A stretch of 64,000 nucleotides of DNA. Origin: Mytilus edulis. Lineage: Eukaryota. Below the pieces are notes generated by a model that worked only from the letters and a program-made list of their open reading frames with translations, did no database searches and was not told the DNA's origin. Position 1 is the stretch's first letter. Every line of letters begins with the position of its first letter. The position numbers and the translations under genes were made by a program. The stretch spans positions 44,020,001 through 44,084,000 of the forward strand of contig NC_092351.1 of assembly GCF_963676685.1 (NCBI RefSeq). The letters run 5' to 3'. Below, piece by piece: positions 51,650 through 64,000 of this stretch.

Positions 51650-53329
51650 CTATGGTATATTAACAAGCTGTAAACGCCTTAGAACACCAGCATGTCCATT
51701 TTGGTAAACATTTGGAAAGTTATTGGGATCTTCTTCCTCATATTCAATGTATCCTTCAACATCATCCTCATTAATAATACACAAGTTATGTAAGACGCAA
51801 CAAGCAATAATAAGATTGCAAACTTCTTTATGATCATGAAGAGGCACATCTCTGAGTCTGCGAAATCGCCCTTTAAGATGACCAAAGGCTCTTTCAACTG
51901 TTTGTCTCACACCTGATAACCTTTTGTTAAATTTAATTTGTTGCCTTGTCAGATTTCCAAAGTTCTTAAATGGCGTAACTAACCAATTACGAAGAGGATA
52001 TGCATTGTCCCCGAAGATGTGATAATTTTGTGAAAATAGCTCGCCAGCTTCAGCTTTGATGTATACACTTGAGTTTCTTAAAACGCGTGCATCATGCACA
52101 CAGCCTGGCCATCCGGTGTAGGCATTAATGATTTTCATATTGTTGTCCACCACTGCCTGCAAAACATCAATGAAATAATCATGTAAATTAGAATAAAGAA
52201 TTAAAAACTGTTAAAGAGACAACAACTTTACCAAAGAAAAGAAATGTGTAAGTTGTTAATTGCATAAAAACTTTGGGACCAACCAATGAGCCTGAAGGAA
52301 GACATGACAAAAGTCTTAATGGAAGTTGTAATCGGTTGGATGAAAATCAGAAACCCCATATACAAACATCTTTGTACATGATTAAACTTTACTTCAATTA
52401 AAATTTGTATAGCTACTAATGAAAGATCTGTGATATGTTTTACCTGCAACTGAATAGATGGATACCCTTTTCTATTATAGTAGTCCCTTTCACCACCAAT
52501 AGCAGCTGACAGTCGAATATGTGTACCGTCTATGAAACCTGTCACCCCAGGCAAAGAGCATACTGCTTCTACCTCAGTTGCGATTTCTGTTTGTTGTCTA
52601 GGTGATGGCCAACGAATAATCTAAAAAAAAAACCACATGTTACATTATTAGCATTTGATTATATTGTTTAAATTGTAGATACCAATTCAGAAATATGCTA
52701 TGGTTACTAATAACTATGGTTACTAATAACTAACCTTTTCCCCCATAAATCGGCTAAAAATTGTAAACAAGATGTCAAGAATTAAGAATAAGATCAATTA
52801 AAATTTTCTAGCGCAATATAGTACACCAAAAATAATATGGTCCAGAGTTAGTTTTCCTAGGTCACTGACATTTTCTTACCCTATCACGCAGATTAACCAG
52901 AATATTACACACTTCTTTAATGATCTGATGCACTGTCGACTTCGACAGATTAAAGAAATGTGCAGTTTCCCTCATAGACTGGTTTGTCGCTAAATAGCTG
53001 ACACATACTAGAAGCTGTTTCTCTGGGGTGACAGTGTCATGTGGCCCCCTTCCTCCTCGAATTAATAAGTCTTGAACGCTTTCCAATATGATATGAAAAA
53101 CATCTCTGCTGATGCGGTAATGCATTTTAAAATCATCTATGTGCTGAGGGACCGCCATTTGTCCGACTACTGCCATGTAATCCGTCACTTTTGGCATGAA
53201 ACTTCTTCTGGTCGTCATATTAATCACACTTAATGTATTTATTGATCTCTTGGCAAGCAAGCGATGAATATCTTCGTCTTCGTCATCAAACATTTCCAAT
53301 ATACACATTTTTCGTAAAAACGCCGCCAT
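51650..53329 (-). CDS. Harbinger (HARBI1-like DDE) transposase, 377 aa, exons 53329-52880, 52620-52444 and 52156-51650
   Basis: Two phase-0 GT-AG introns join an uninterrupted frame with IIRWP, FIDGTH, YNRKG, WPGCVHDARV, GDNAYPL, VERAFGHLKGRFRRL and ACCVLHN. Confidence 0.95.
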
Positions 53330-55667
53330 ATTAACTTACTAAACTGGTACCAAAGTTAGTTCGATTATTCAATTAACCAGACATGCGCACTAATACCAAC
53401 AAAACTAAAGTATGGTTGGTGATCGAACTAGGCCATAATATATAAGTGTTTACAAACATTTTGGTAAAACAAAATTATACATTTGCTGCACGCGAGGGTG
53501 GATTTACGTAATGAGTACACAACATTCAAAACGAATGGAATCTTCTTTTAATTATGGTAAGAGTTAAACTGTTTACATTTATCATGTTTATAGTTAGTGC
53601 ATCAACCATGTGTATTGATTTTAATTAGTAATGCGAAGATAATATAATCATGCGATGGGAAAAGTCATTCGAATTTATAATTCATAATCAATTAACTTGT
53701 ATATAAAACACATGGTTTTCGAGGGGTTGAATTCATTATTGAGTATGATTGCTTCGCGAGTCAATGTAAATTCCCCCCTTGTATTTTCCTTACTACAGGC
53801 CGGAGTTTTACGCATTTTTCCTTTAAAATTAAATGCTAGGAAAATTCCTACGTAATCAAAATTGATCGACACTACATTATTTTATGAAAGAAGCTTTAGA
53901 AGTTTTATGCAATTTGATTACATGCAATCTGTTTAGCTCATTCAGTAATGCTATAAAGATAAATCATTCTATTTTTACAGAAAATACATTATTATGTTAA
54001 CATTATCAATATAGAGAATATACGTAAATTATACCAAGTCTTCTCGCAACAACCACATTATGTTCGTATGTGAATGCTAAACATTTCAATATGTGCATGC
54101 ATGCCTTGATATCATATGTTTGTTTGAACTATTGGATTTAACTTTTGTGTTTCGGTCACATGTATATGTATAAAATAAAAAAAAATTAAAACTTTTAATA
54201 CGTCATTTCTATACGTATTAAAAGTTTCCAGCACTTTCAGACTCTTCATTCCGGCTGTAGGTTAGTATAGAAATATTTTATGTTTACGACACGTAATCTT
54301 GATTCCCGTAAGACTGTGGGTATTTTAAATATTTTGTGCAGTATAAAATCAAACCCTTTCATCCGTTTCCTCAACATATGATGGGAGTGACGATGTCTAC
54401 ATTTTGTTTACATAGCGATGGAAGTCACATGACAGATAAAACTCAAGGCAGCTCACCGGAACTCCAGTTTTGTTATACTAACATCTTTTTTTTATGTGTT
54501 TTGAAATGCATTTTTTGTATTATTTCATTTGATCTGTTAAAAGCTGATGTTTTCAACTGTCTCGTATATGCCAAATTTAAATAAAGCTTGTATGTCTTAG
54601 AGCTGTTTGCTGTTTGCTAAACGAAAAAATAGGGGTTCTTTAAAATTGATAAATCAGGATGGGAAGAAGACTTTTGGACTTACACTGAACAAATGGGTAG
54701 GAGTGAAATTATGGCCTAGAAACCCCAAAAAATGTTGATCCCAATGATCTTCTGTAACAAAACAAAAATACTTAAATGCCATGATATGGCTTTTTTCACA
54801 AATTTGCAGACTAAAAATGTTCGACTTAATTTCAGATGAATATAAAAAAAGAAGATGTGGTTTGATTCCCAATGAGACAACTATCTACCAAAGGTCAAAT
54901 AAAGTGGATGTAAGAAATTGATGACAACTGTACGGTCTTAAACAATGAGACGAAGTCCATAGTCGGCTATAAAACCCCAGACATGAACAATATGAAAGAA
55001 AAAATCAAGTGAGAAAACTAGCGGGCTTATTTTGTAACAAAACAATTTACAAAAAAAACCCCACAAATATGACAGATGTGAACCAGAGACAACTACTGAA
55101 ACTTTAGACTCCTGTCTTATGACAAACTTAAAAAAAATAGGTGGGGGTAAACATGTATGTGAGCTCTTAATCCTCCCCCAACCTGGGACATTGATGTAAC
55201 AGCACAAGACCAGAACACACTATAAAAAGCAGTTGAAAAGGGTTGAACTCAAAAGATCGAAACAAAGAAAATCAATCATCAAAAACACAGTCGAAGGATG
55301 TGGGAGGGTATATATCCATCCTTCGTCCGTAACAACACTTTGCTAATGTTTTGTGTTGCATGCATTTATGAATAAGACCAAGTGCAAAAGTCCTTAACAT
55401 TTTGACTTTCAATTTTAATCCCTTCGCTCAAATGTTGCGAACATTGTAGACCTGAAATTTGACCATATATATAACATACATACATGATTGACAAGTAAGA
55501 AATATCAAAATGAATAGAAGAATTTACTTTATTGTCAGTCATTGAAGTTGTGTTGCTTTTTTTATTAGTCATATGTATATATTACAATTTACATGCATAA
55601 AAGAACAAAGGTAAGGAGCAATTTTTCCTTCGTATATATATGCTATAAACAAAGTTATCCATTGCAG

Positions 55668-55799
55668 ATTTGTATTTCCGTCAGTTGTCTAGGAAAGAGA
55701 AATGCGATCTTTTCAATGATATTCGAAACGACACGGATGATGAATTAATTAGAAAGTTCAAGGATAATCCACTATACTTGTCATGTTTGTTTTGGTTTG
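55668..55799 (+). CDS. 132-nt phase 1/1 upstream exon of the gene B locus
   Basis: TTGCAG|AT...TTTG|GTAAGT; encodes LYFRQLSRKEKCDLFNDIRNDTDDELIRKFKDNPLYLSCLFWF, homologous to 14313-14444. Confidence 0.75.
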
Positions 55800-58729
55800 G
55801 TAAGTAATTTTGACTCTTTCGTTGTACATGACGTATCATATATATGTATTGTAACGAAATGGGGGTCCCTTGGAATGGAACTTGTTTTCCCTAAAATTGT
55901 GTGATGATGTTGTTAAATACTTACCGTTAATTGACTGTTCCTATTATATATTTCTTGTGTAACTATGTTTGTTAACTTTTTATTATTCTTTTCTATGTTT
56001 TTACAATCGGAACAGCTGTGTTTACTTCAAATGACGTACACCACAATGACGTCATAACCTATTTTTGTTATGACGTCGGCTTTAGATTTTGTAATTTCGG
56101 TGAATGGTAAGCCTAACAGTTGGAAAGCAAGTCCTTGGAAACGTCCGTTGTCGTCAAGCTTTATCAGCTATAATAGCAGGGGGAATTAATTAGGTGGCGC
56201 TACGGTCGTCCGTAACGTCAAAAAGTCCGCCAAATCAATCGGCTAAAAGATTGACGTTTAAAGTATTTTTTGCAACTTGTCATGCTTTTATTACAATTAA
56301 ATTTTAAAATTTGTAGGTTTTGTGACCAATATAATTTCTTTACGACATACAAACATTACAAAAAATAGCTTGTTATTGCTATTCCCTTATCCTGTCCGTC
56401 TTTTTAAAAAAAAAAATCGATTTTTCCTAATTTGACGTTTGCGTATCCAAATACAGAAAAGAACGGTTATAATCTTAAATGAAACCGGGAAACCTATTTC
56501 AAATTTATGCACTGTTTTGAAGCCATCATTTTTTACTTTTATACATCAATTTTAGTGACCACCAGCCATGTCAATTTTTATCTGGTTTTAGCTACGTTTC
56601 TACTTTAAAACAGTAAAGTTTAGCTTCTTTTCATTGTACCTGTTTCAAAGTGTTCTAAAATACTGATTTTATTAAAGACATGAATGAAATTTTGATTAAA
56701 AGTTGTGGATTTTCACAATTCCATACGATACTTGTATTTTAAAGTAACTAAAACCCCTTTTGATCCCCTACACAAATTGACGGTGACATTGTTTTCTTTT
56801 TTCAACATACGTCATGTAACGTTTATAACAAAATATGTGTCAGGGTCATGTGCATAGTAAAAATTTACACATTGGAGTGAAACAACAAACAAAGATCTTC
56901 TTTATTGCGTTTAAAGCTAAACGTCTTGGAAAATTCTGACAGATCTGACAAATTATTGATAGCCTACTGTATGGATGGACAAAAGCACAAAAATAGCAAT
57001 TGAAAATGAATTGCAAAGAAAATTCTGTAGGAAAATAACATATGAAAAAAGAAAATGAAGGTCAGTTAATAAAATCTTGCTTATATTATTATCTCTTTAC
57101 TTAGTAAGCTATATTTCCATTCTCAATTTTATAGAAATAAGACCAAAAACTAGCTTATCAAGCCAAGTCAGCCAAACAAGAAGTTTATTCATAGAGATGT
57201 GTTCTTACAAAATTGAATTTTTTCAAAAGACAAATTCTTGTCAAATTTAAGCATCTTTGATCATTATTGAAGTAAAATGCACAAAATTTGTCCCACCAGT
57301 TTCATTTCATTTCCTATTACTAGTATTCATGAAAAGTATATATACAATACTTTGTTTATAAATATGTAATTATTTAAAGAAGCTGATACAGCAACCTGTT
57401 CAAGAGAAGAAGCCCCATTTTTTCCAAAAAGTTTACTTTCATAATCTATAAAATACCCTGAGAAATAAGACAAAGGGCTACTGTGCAAGCTAATCTAATA
57501 GTTTAATTTTACAATAATCATGATTCTGAAATTCAAAATTGTGTCACTTTCACTTATAATTTAAAGCATATTTTTTTACAGAACTTCTGTCAATATTTTT
57601 GGTATAAAACTTATAAATCCCTTTTTTGTATTTTACTGTTCAACTAAGAAACATAGGCTTGAGTTTAAAGGCTCTCTTAATTTGAAGAAATTTGTTGTGA
57701 CTCTTGGTCACACTTTATAGAATATAAAATATATATGATCAGTACTATTTATTTAATAATTATATCAATTTTCAGAAAGATTATTGAAATTGTATAAACT
57801 ATGTTTTATTGCATTAAATATAATCAGAAGTGTTTAAAAAAAAATTCTGCTAGGAATGATTCCACATATAAAAATTACATGTAGTATATTTCATCCGCCA
57901 GATCTAATTTCTTTCAATATAGCTAGGTTTTTAATTTTGTAGGTGTCATTATCCACATTTCTGAATTGTTTTTTTTTTACTGCAGTAATATTTTGTCTTT
58001 TAATATTTACATTTAGTCCTTCTCTGAAAAATAGGGGGAAGTATCTCTTCTTTATATTATCATAACATAGTTATAAATCGAGTTTCGTTTATTTTCTTTC
58101 TAATTTTTGTAAAGTAAACTCCTTTTTTAATTTTTATGCATTTTGCTGGGTTTTTATTTTTGACTGGTGATATTAAGGGGAGATAACCACTTGCACAAAT
58201 CGGCATAAAAACCACCGCTTCGGTTTGAAATCAATTTGACGTTTGCGTATCCAACATTCTATTGCCGAGATATTCATATCGAGTGTTTGTCTTAATGAGA
58301 TGCTTTATCAAATTTAAATTCAGCCCATCATTTTTAGTTTCCTCGTAAATATTTAGATTTTTCGTTCAGGAGACTTGACAATTTTCACCCAAACTCCAAG
58401 TTTGCAGATAAAATAAAGAATAAAGGACTTTGATTTGATGTGTGAGCTTTGACGAGAATAAACTATGGATACTCAAGATTAGTTAGGTTAATAAGTTTTT
58501 ATTACGACAATAGTATTCAGTGAGTTAAAATGAGGTTTGTCTCATCCGGTTTTTTACTGAATTTTCACGGTCACGTGACTCTATTGTTGCTGATAAACTT
58601 GGGGTCAAACCGTGACCTGCTTTCCAACTGTAAGTATAAATACGGTGGAGAAAATGGATAAGACTTCAGAACGACTTTACCCTGGTCAAGTAACACACGC
58701 TAATTCCAAGCGATTTTTTAAAATATATA

Positions 58730-59363
58730 ACGTAACGGTACCCAAATTGCACCGAGTACCCAAATTGCACCTATTTTATAGCAAAACTAGCAGCGAAAAT
58801 CTTACAAGAATTCCTAGAGACTAAACAATTTGTATTTTTATGATTTGATACTTAGCACATCTTTCAACACAGGTAAAACTATTTAGATATGGACAAAACG
58901 TTCACAGTATTTATCAACAGATGAAGTATTTACTGAAAAAGCAAACTGTACTGAAACGTCGCCATGCGACGTCATCAAAACGTCATCTTTTTAAAATGAG
59001 CAAATACAATATGTTACAAGTATCCATTTAAAAAATAATAAAGAGTAAGCATAGACTAATATCTAATTGTTCAAAATATTTGAAGAAATTAAACAAAAGC
59101 TCTGTTATTAGACTTTTGACGATGTGAATTTATGCATGGATGCAATTTGGGTACTCCTCATTTCAGAATCATTGCCGGTTTGGAGGTCAGTTAAGACCAA
59201 TTTTTCTATGATTCCATATGGAATAAAAATCAAATTGGTGTACCTTTATAATAAAGAAGGATACAGCTACAAAATAAACACAGAATGGACATGTCTGTCT
59301 TTATCATTAAAAATCGTAGATGAAAAAACCGTCAAAATAGGTGCAATTTGGGTACCGTCACGT
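58730..59363. mobile_element. TA-flanked MITE (Tc1/mariner-like)
   Basis: TIRs ACGTAACGGTACCCAAATTGCACC and GGTGCAATTTGGGTACCGTCACGT, with TA on both sides. Confidence 0.8.
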
Positions 59364-59371
59364 TATACATG

Positions 59372-61280
59372 TGTAACAGGAGACGGTTTAACCTCAGTAT
59401 TTTTCTATGTATAAAATATCTTTCTTTTATTAACTCTGTGTTTTATTTGTTAAAGTCAGCTATAATGTTAACTCAGCCTCTAAAGCTACAGGTATTTCTA
59501 CATTGTAATGACGAGTTCCTTTTTATCGTGTGTCCAAATCAACAATACTGTAAATACGTGTGTCTACTCTTCGAACACACCTTTACCTATAAGTACACAG
59601 ACAAATCAATACTTGACATTGACCTCAATATACCTAAGTTAACTACAAATTGAAACACCTGTAATCGGACAATTATATTAAATCAAGCGTAATTGATCTT
59701 ATGGCTCGGAAATGATTAATTCCCGAAACACAAGTCTACTTGATATTTCCGACTATAAATTGTATAAAACCGTCTGTTAACCTTATGTAAAGGTTCGAAC
59801 CACTGGGCCCTGAGTCTCCTTGTCTGAAGAGATCGAGATAAGTAAGTTTATATAATTTAATAAGGTCTCTCAAAATATCAACAGATGTAAATTATATTGC
59901 AATAACAATACAAAGTATCAAAGTCACATAAAATATTACATTGTAAAATAATGTAAAAACTCCTATAAAAAATGTAAAATGAATATTTAGTTTCGGCTTC
60001 TAAACAAATGGCATTTTACCGTAAATACCCTAAACGGTGAAACTCTATCGTAATCTCATTAAATCTTAAATTCAAACCCCCAAAATATAAAAGCTTCTTT
60101 ACTAAATTCTTACTAGAACACGCTATGGACTAAAAGCGGACCAAATAAAGCAACGAACAATCACCCTAAGAAATAAAGCATATCGGTTTTATTCAAACCA
60201 AGTTGCAGTGTCTTATTCAGACATCGGGGTATACAAATGTAATACACCCGTAAGCCCTTAATAATAAAGATAAACAACGGCGGTTTTATTCAAACCAAAT
60301 GTCGATTATGTCTTATACAGACCTTGGCTTTATACGATCAAGCGGCCGAATTAATAAAATATCTACTTTATATACTAATTACAGGTGAAGAAATAACAAC
60401 TTTAACCAACCACGTACTTCGATACAAACTTGTATATAAAGGTGCACTCGAATATATTTTAATCCAAACAACTATTGATTACTACCGAGAAGGAAAGAAA
60501 AGCTTTTTATCATTTATCTTATGTAAAACACCGAGAACCCTTAGTGATTAACCAATGGAAATCAACTACACTTTTTAGTTTACCCTAGATACGAACATGT
60601 AAGCAAAATAATAACAATGAAAATGAATTGTAAATTGAAATAAGCAATCTAACATATAATTTTAGATATATAAAAACCGATTCCGCTACACATGTACCGA
60701 AACCATTAATATATACCAGACTAAGTAGTAACCAGACTACTTCCGTATAATGTGGGCTTGTTAATTCTTTAACAAGTTACATTTAGATAATAACTTCTTG
60801 AGAGAAACGTTATCTTTTGACATTGAATTTGATTTACCATTTGCCGATAACTAAACTAAACTTTTGAGGTATTTATATTTCCGCCTCAGATTTCCGCTAT
60901 CCATTTTCTTTACGATATTCTAATAAAATAAGGTATTTATTTGTAAGACTAGAATACTGTTAAGCCATATACTATTTGTATAAATTATAGATATTTAACG
61001 CATCTTAAACAGTTGTTAAAGTTAATTCAAGTTGATTTTTATTTAACGAGTCTGTTATTCTTACAAAAACCTAAACAGAACCAAACTAAGATCTACCAGA
61101 ATACCACTAAGTACCACAAAACCTATACAGAACCAACCTTAGATCTACCGGAATACCACAAAGTACCAGGATACCAGAGTACCACGCTACCAAAGAAGGG
61201 TCGCCAGTTATAACTTAAGTTCATATATACTTATACATTGGTATAAAACACATCCTTATAGCAACACACTAAGGGTTACA
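59372..61280 (-). mobile_element. Possible LTR-retrotransposon remnant
   Basis: Bounded by TGTAAC and GTTACA; near-TSD CATG/CATT; PBS-like TGGCGACC on the minus strand at 61199-61206; no coding remnant seen. Confidence 0.35.
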
Positions 61281-61532
61281 CATTTATAGTTTAACACCAA
61301 AGCCTGACTGCTCGGTTTTCGTTACAGTATATATATTCGTCTTTCAGTATTATGAAACACTCAAGTAGTATTTTTTTTTAAATTATACCTGAAACATTCA
61401 GATGTGAGCGTAGAGTGTAAACAAACTATAAACTTTTAAACAAATCCTGCTACACGTGTAGCATCCGCTAACATTGTCACGTGTTTACATCTACATGTTA
61501 CGCATGCACTAACCTATTTATAGTCTTTCATA

Positions 61533-62394
61533 ATGCTTTTTCTTCAGCATAAATGTTTTGGTCCATTTACAGAAATCCAAACAACTGACAAATCGATAAA
61601 AAATTGTGGATGCTCACACTATTTAGAAGGAGGATTTAAAGATGGTGTTTCAAAACAAACTATTTTAGATATTCTTGAAATAAGTATTTCGTATTGCATG
61701 TGTCCTCACGTTTTACAGAATCAGGGTTTTGCGCAGGTTACCAAGCGATGTGACGATTCGTATGTCGATACGGAAAATCACGCAAGTATGCCACAAGATA
61801 TTTTTGAATCATGGAAATTGAAAAGATGTGATAAGAATTTTCCTCCATGTAATAAAAGAATACGTAACTCAGTGAAACAGGCGGCTGGAGTTTACTGGAC
61901 TCACTTGGCTATATTTTTTGGAAAGAATAAATTTATTGTGTCCATGTTGAAATATTGCAAGAAAAAAATGTATGATGTACCTTTATTTACACTTCTACAT
62001 CATTTGTCAGTACCGTTATTGTCCGTTTTGCATGAAAACTCTTCCATAATGTACGAAGTTGTATCGAACTACCCAAGATCTATATTAAGTGCTCCGATAA
62101 ATTGCACCGTAAACAAAAATGGAAGAGTGTTGAATTGTGATTATGGCACATTTTCTTTGGTTTTAGAGCTTACAATGATCCACGATTTTAAAATGCTCTA
62201 CAAGATTATTCGTAAGGATCGGTGTTTATTAAGAGAAGCGAACGTTAGCGGCATGGAGTTTTGTAATTTACTGAGTGACACGATGAATAACCTTATCATA
62301 CACAAGCATGTAGATGACCTGGAATATTTACTTTCTGTAAAGAAATTACCATTAGAGTCTTACGTATCATTGTTTCATTTGATATACAAATCAG
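61533..62394 (+). CDS. Gene B large exon (Cys-rich N-terminal region), paralog of 10354-11206
   Basis: NCGCSHYLE...LEISISYCMCPH...AAGVYWTHL...HHLSVPLLSVLH; donor TCAG|GTAAT in phase 1. Confidence 0.8.
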
Positions 62395-63043
62395 GTAATT
62401 TAAGACTCGTCTAAATGAAGTATGGCGACTGTATGGTTCGAAACACAATATTTTCAAATAGTTATTGTTATATACTAAAATATAAGAAGACTTTGCCAAT
62501 GAGACAACTCTCCATTCAAGTCAAAACTTGTTAAAAGTAAACCATTATACGTCAAAGTAAAGCCTTCAACACGAAGTCTAGGCTCACAGCAAACATCAAG
62601 TATCAAAAGGCCTTACCAAATGACAGTGTAAAATAAAATCACAAAATAATATATATATATTTATATACCGATGCCTGAGTGAAATTAAAAACAGAAAGTT
62701 CCTAATTAAATGGCAAAATCAGAAGCTCAAACAAACAAATGAAATTGAGAATGGAAATGTGGAATATGTCAAAGAGACAACAACCCGACGAATGAGCAGA
62801 AAAATTACGTTTACCTTAAGCTTCCGAAAATGAAAAATCTCTTCATTCGTACACATCAGATTGAAAACGATATTTATTATAGCATAAGAAGTTCAAGTGA
62901 CTTTTTTTTAGACTATATTAAAACTTATATCGAACAACTGATCATTATTTGCTTTCTTTCAGACGTTTGCATTATTTAAATATATATCACTATTTGATAT
63001 GGTCTGACAATATTGATGTATCAATTTCTTGTTTTTGTTTTAG

Positions 63044-64000
63044 ATGCAAGGTGGATTTATTCAACCATATTTGACAAATCAGATTTCTGTTCAAGATTTC
63101 TATCTTGGAAAACGAAAATAATTAAAAAAGAATCAAAGCTTTTTAGGGAAATATTGTTTACTTCAGTTCTGCATGGTGATACTGTTGCATTCAACAAATT
63201 TGTGGAATATGGGTTTAATGTAAATACAGAAGTTAACGAATGTAGTATTCTTGTCTGGGCCGAGCAGCTAAATTTTCCAGAAATTGTTGCGTTACTTTTG
63301 AAGGCAGGTGCACGGCGTGTAGCCAATCCAATGTACAAGGAATTTAAAAATGTAATAATAACGTATGAAGATTATTACGCTACATTAGCAGACCCAGAGT
63401 ATAATCGTGTATCTATTCTCCATCGTCTATATGAAAATACTACCTCAAGCGTGTTTTTCGACACTAACCGAGCCCCTCTTACGTTGAATAGCGCTATTCC
63501 ATCATTTCATGTCATCAAATATCTTCTTCTCCATGACAAAGGTTTAGGGAACATTGACGACTTCCTATTTACGTTGCCGTATCACCAATCTTTCATAAGT
63601 GATACACACATGTTTCATCTAATAATTAGATCTAATTCATCAATGCGACTTCAGGCCAATGATATAGATAGAATAGTAAAGTTTAAATCACTGAGTTTTA
63701 ATTTAAACAACGATACATTATTTGACTTGCTGTCAGAAATAACTAATTATTCTCTGTCAACTGACGAAATAAAAGCTTTTGAAAGATTTACTTTAACCGA
63801 GTTACCTTGCCTACCAGTGAAAACGTTAAAAACTTTTTGTAGAAACAAAATCCGACAGCACTATATGGGCTACAAACTTTTCAAGTTTTTAGATATAATG
63901 AATGAACAAATTCCGTCATCTGTATGCAGTTTTCTTCTGAAGGAGGATGTTTTAAAGCTATTTTTATCAGACAAACAATTGAATAGAATGGACGAAGACT
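63044..64000 (+). CDS. Gene B last exon: ankyrin-like repeats plus SOCS box, runs off the window (absent from the ORF track)
   Basis: Acceptor TTTTAG|AT; frame open to 64000 with SVLHGDTVAFNKFVEYGFNVNT, IVALLLKAGA and PVKTLKTFCRNKIR...IPSSVCSFL. Confidence 0.85.

Larger units (their letters stand above)
45523..53434. mobile_element. Full-length PIF/Harbinger transposon (7912 bp)
   Basis: 21-bp TIRs GGCCTAGTTCGATCA(T/C)CAACC; 3-bp TSD ATA; empty site in copy 1 at ~37580; convergent transposase and Myb-like genes. Confidence 0.97.
39689..55537. repeat. Tandem segmental duplication, copy 2 (~7.9 kb shared plus the 7.9 kb Harbinger)
   Basis: Head-to-tail with copy 1, with 4-nt filler ACTT; carries an orphan Sola TIR ending at 39762. 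Confidence 0.95.

Noticed and set aside
56160-58720. Possible DNA-transposon remnant in the gene B intron
   Set aside because: I could not define termini, a TSD or a coding remnant.

Overview
AT-rich metazoan genomic DNA. The dispersed repeats look like those of a bivalve such as Mytilus (inference). Two divergently oriented paralogs of an ankyrin-like/SOCS-box gene family lie at 8.3-14.4 kb (-) and 55.7-64 kb (+), with a pseudogene exon at 0.7-1.3 kb. About 41 kb of nested mobile DNA lies between them. It includes a Helitron-like element, an IS3EU-type MITE, and a Sola-type transposon. The Sola element is interrupted by a rearranged, RT-deleted Ngaro-type tyrosine-recombinase retroelement (gag, RNase H, YR, SGNH hydrolase and a folded tRNA-like module) and by a Tc1. 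A recent ~7.9 kb tandem duplication follows. Copy 1 carries a Helentron-like element with a decayed OTU protease, copy 2 carries an intact Harbinger transposon, and both carry a type I hammerhead ribozyme. Most notable: the Harbinger appears to encode a third, spliced PHD-finger protein on the same predicted transcript as its Myb/SANT-like protein, joined by stop-splice-start junctions. An inverted copy of the first donor site lies in a downstream intron. All splicing and family assignments were made by eye; no searches were run.
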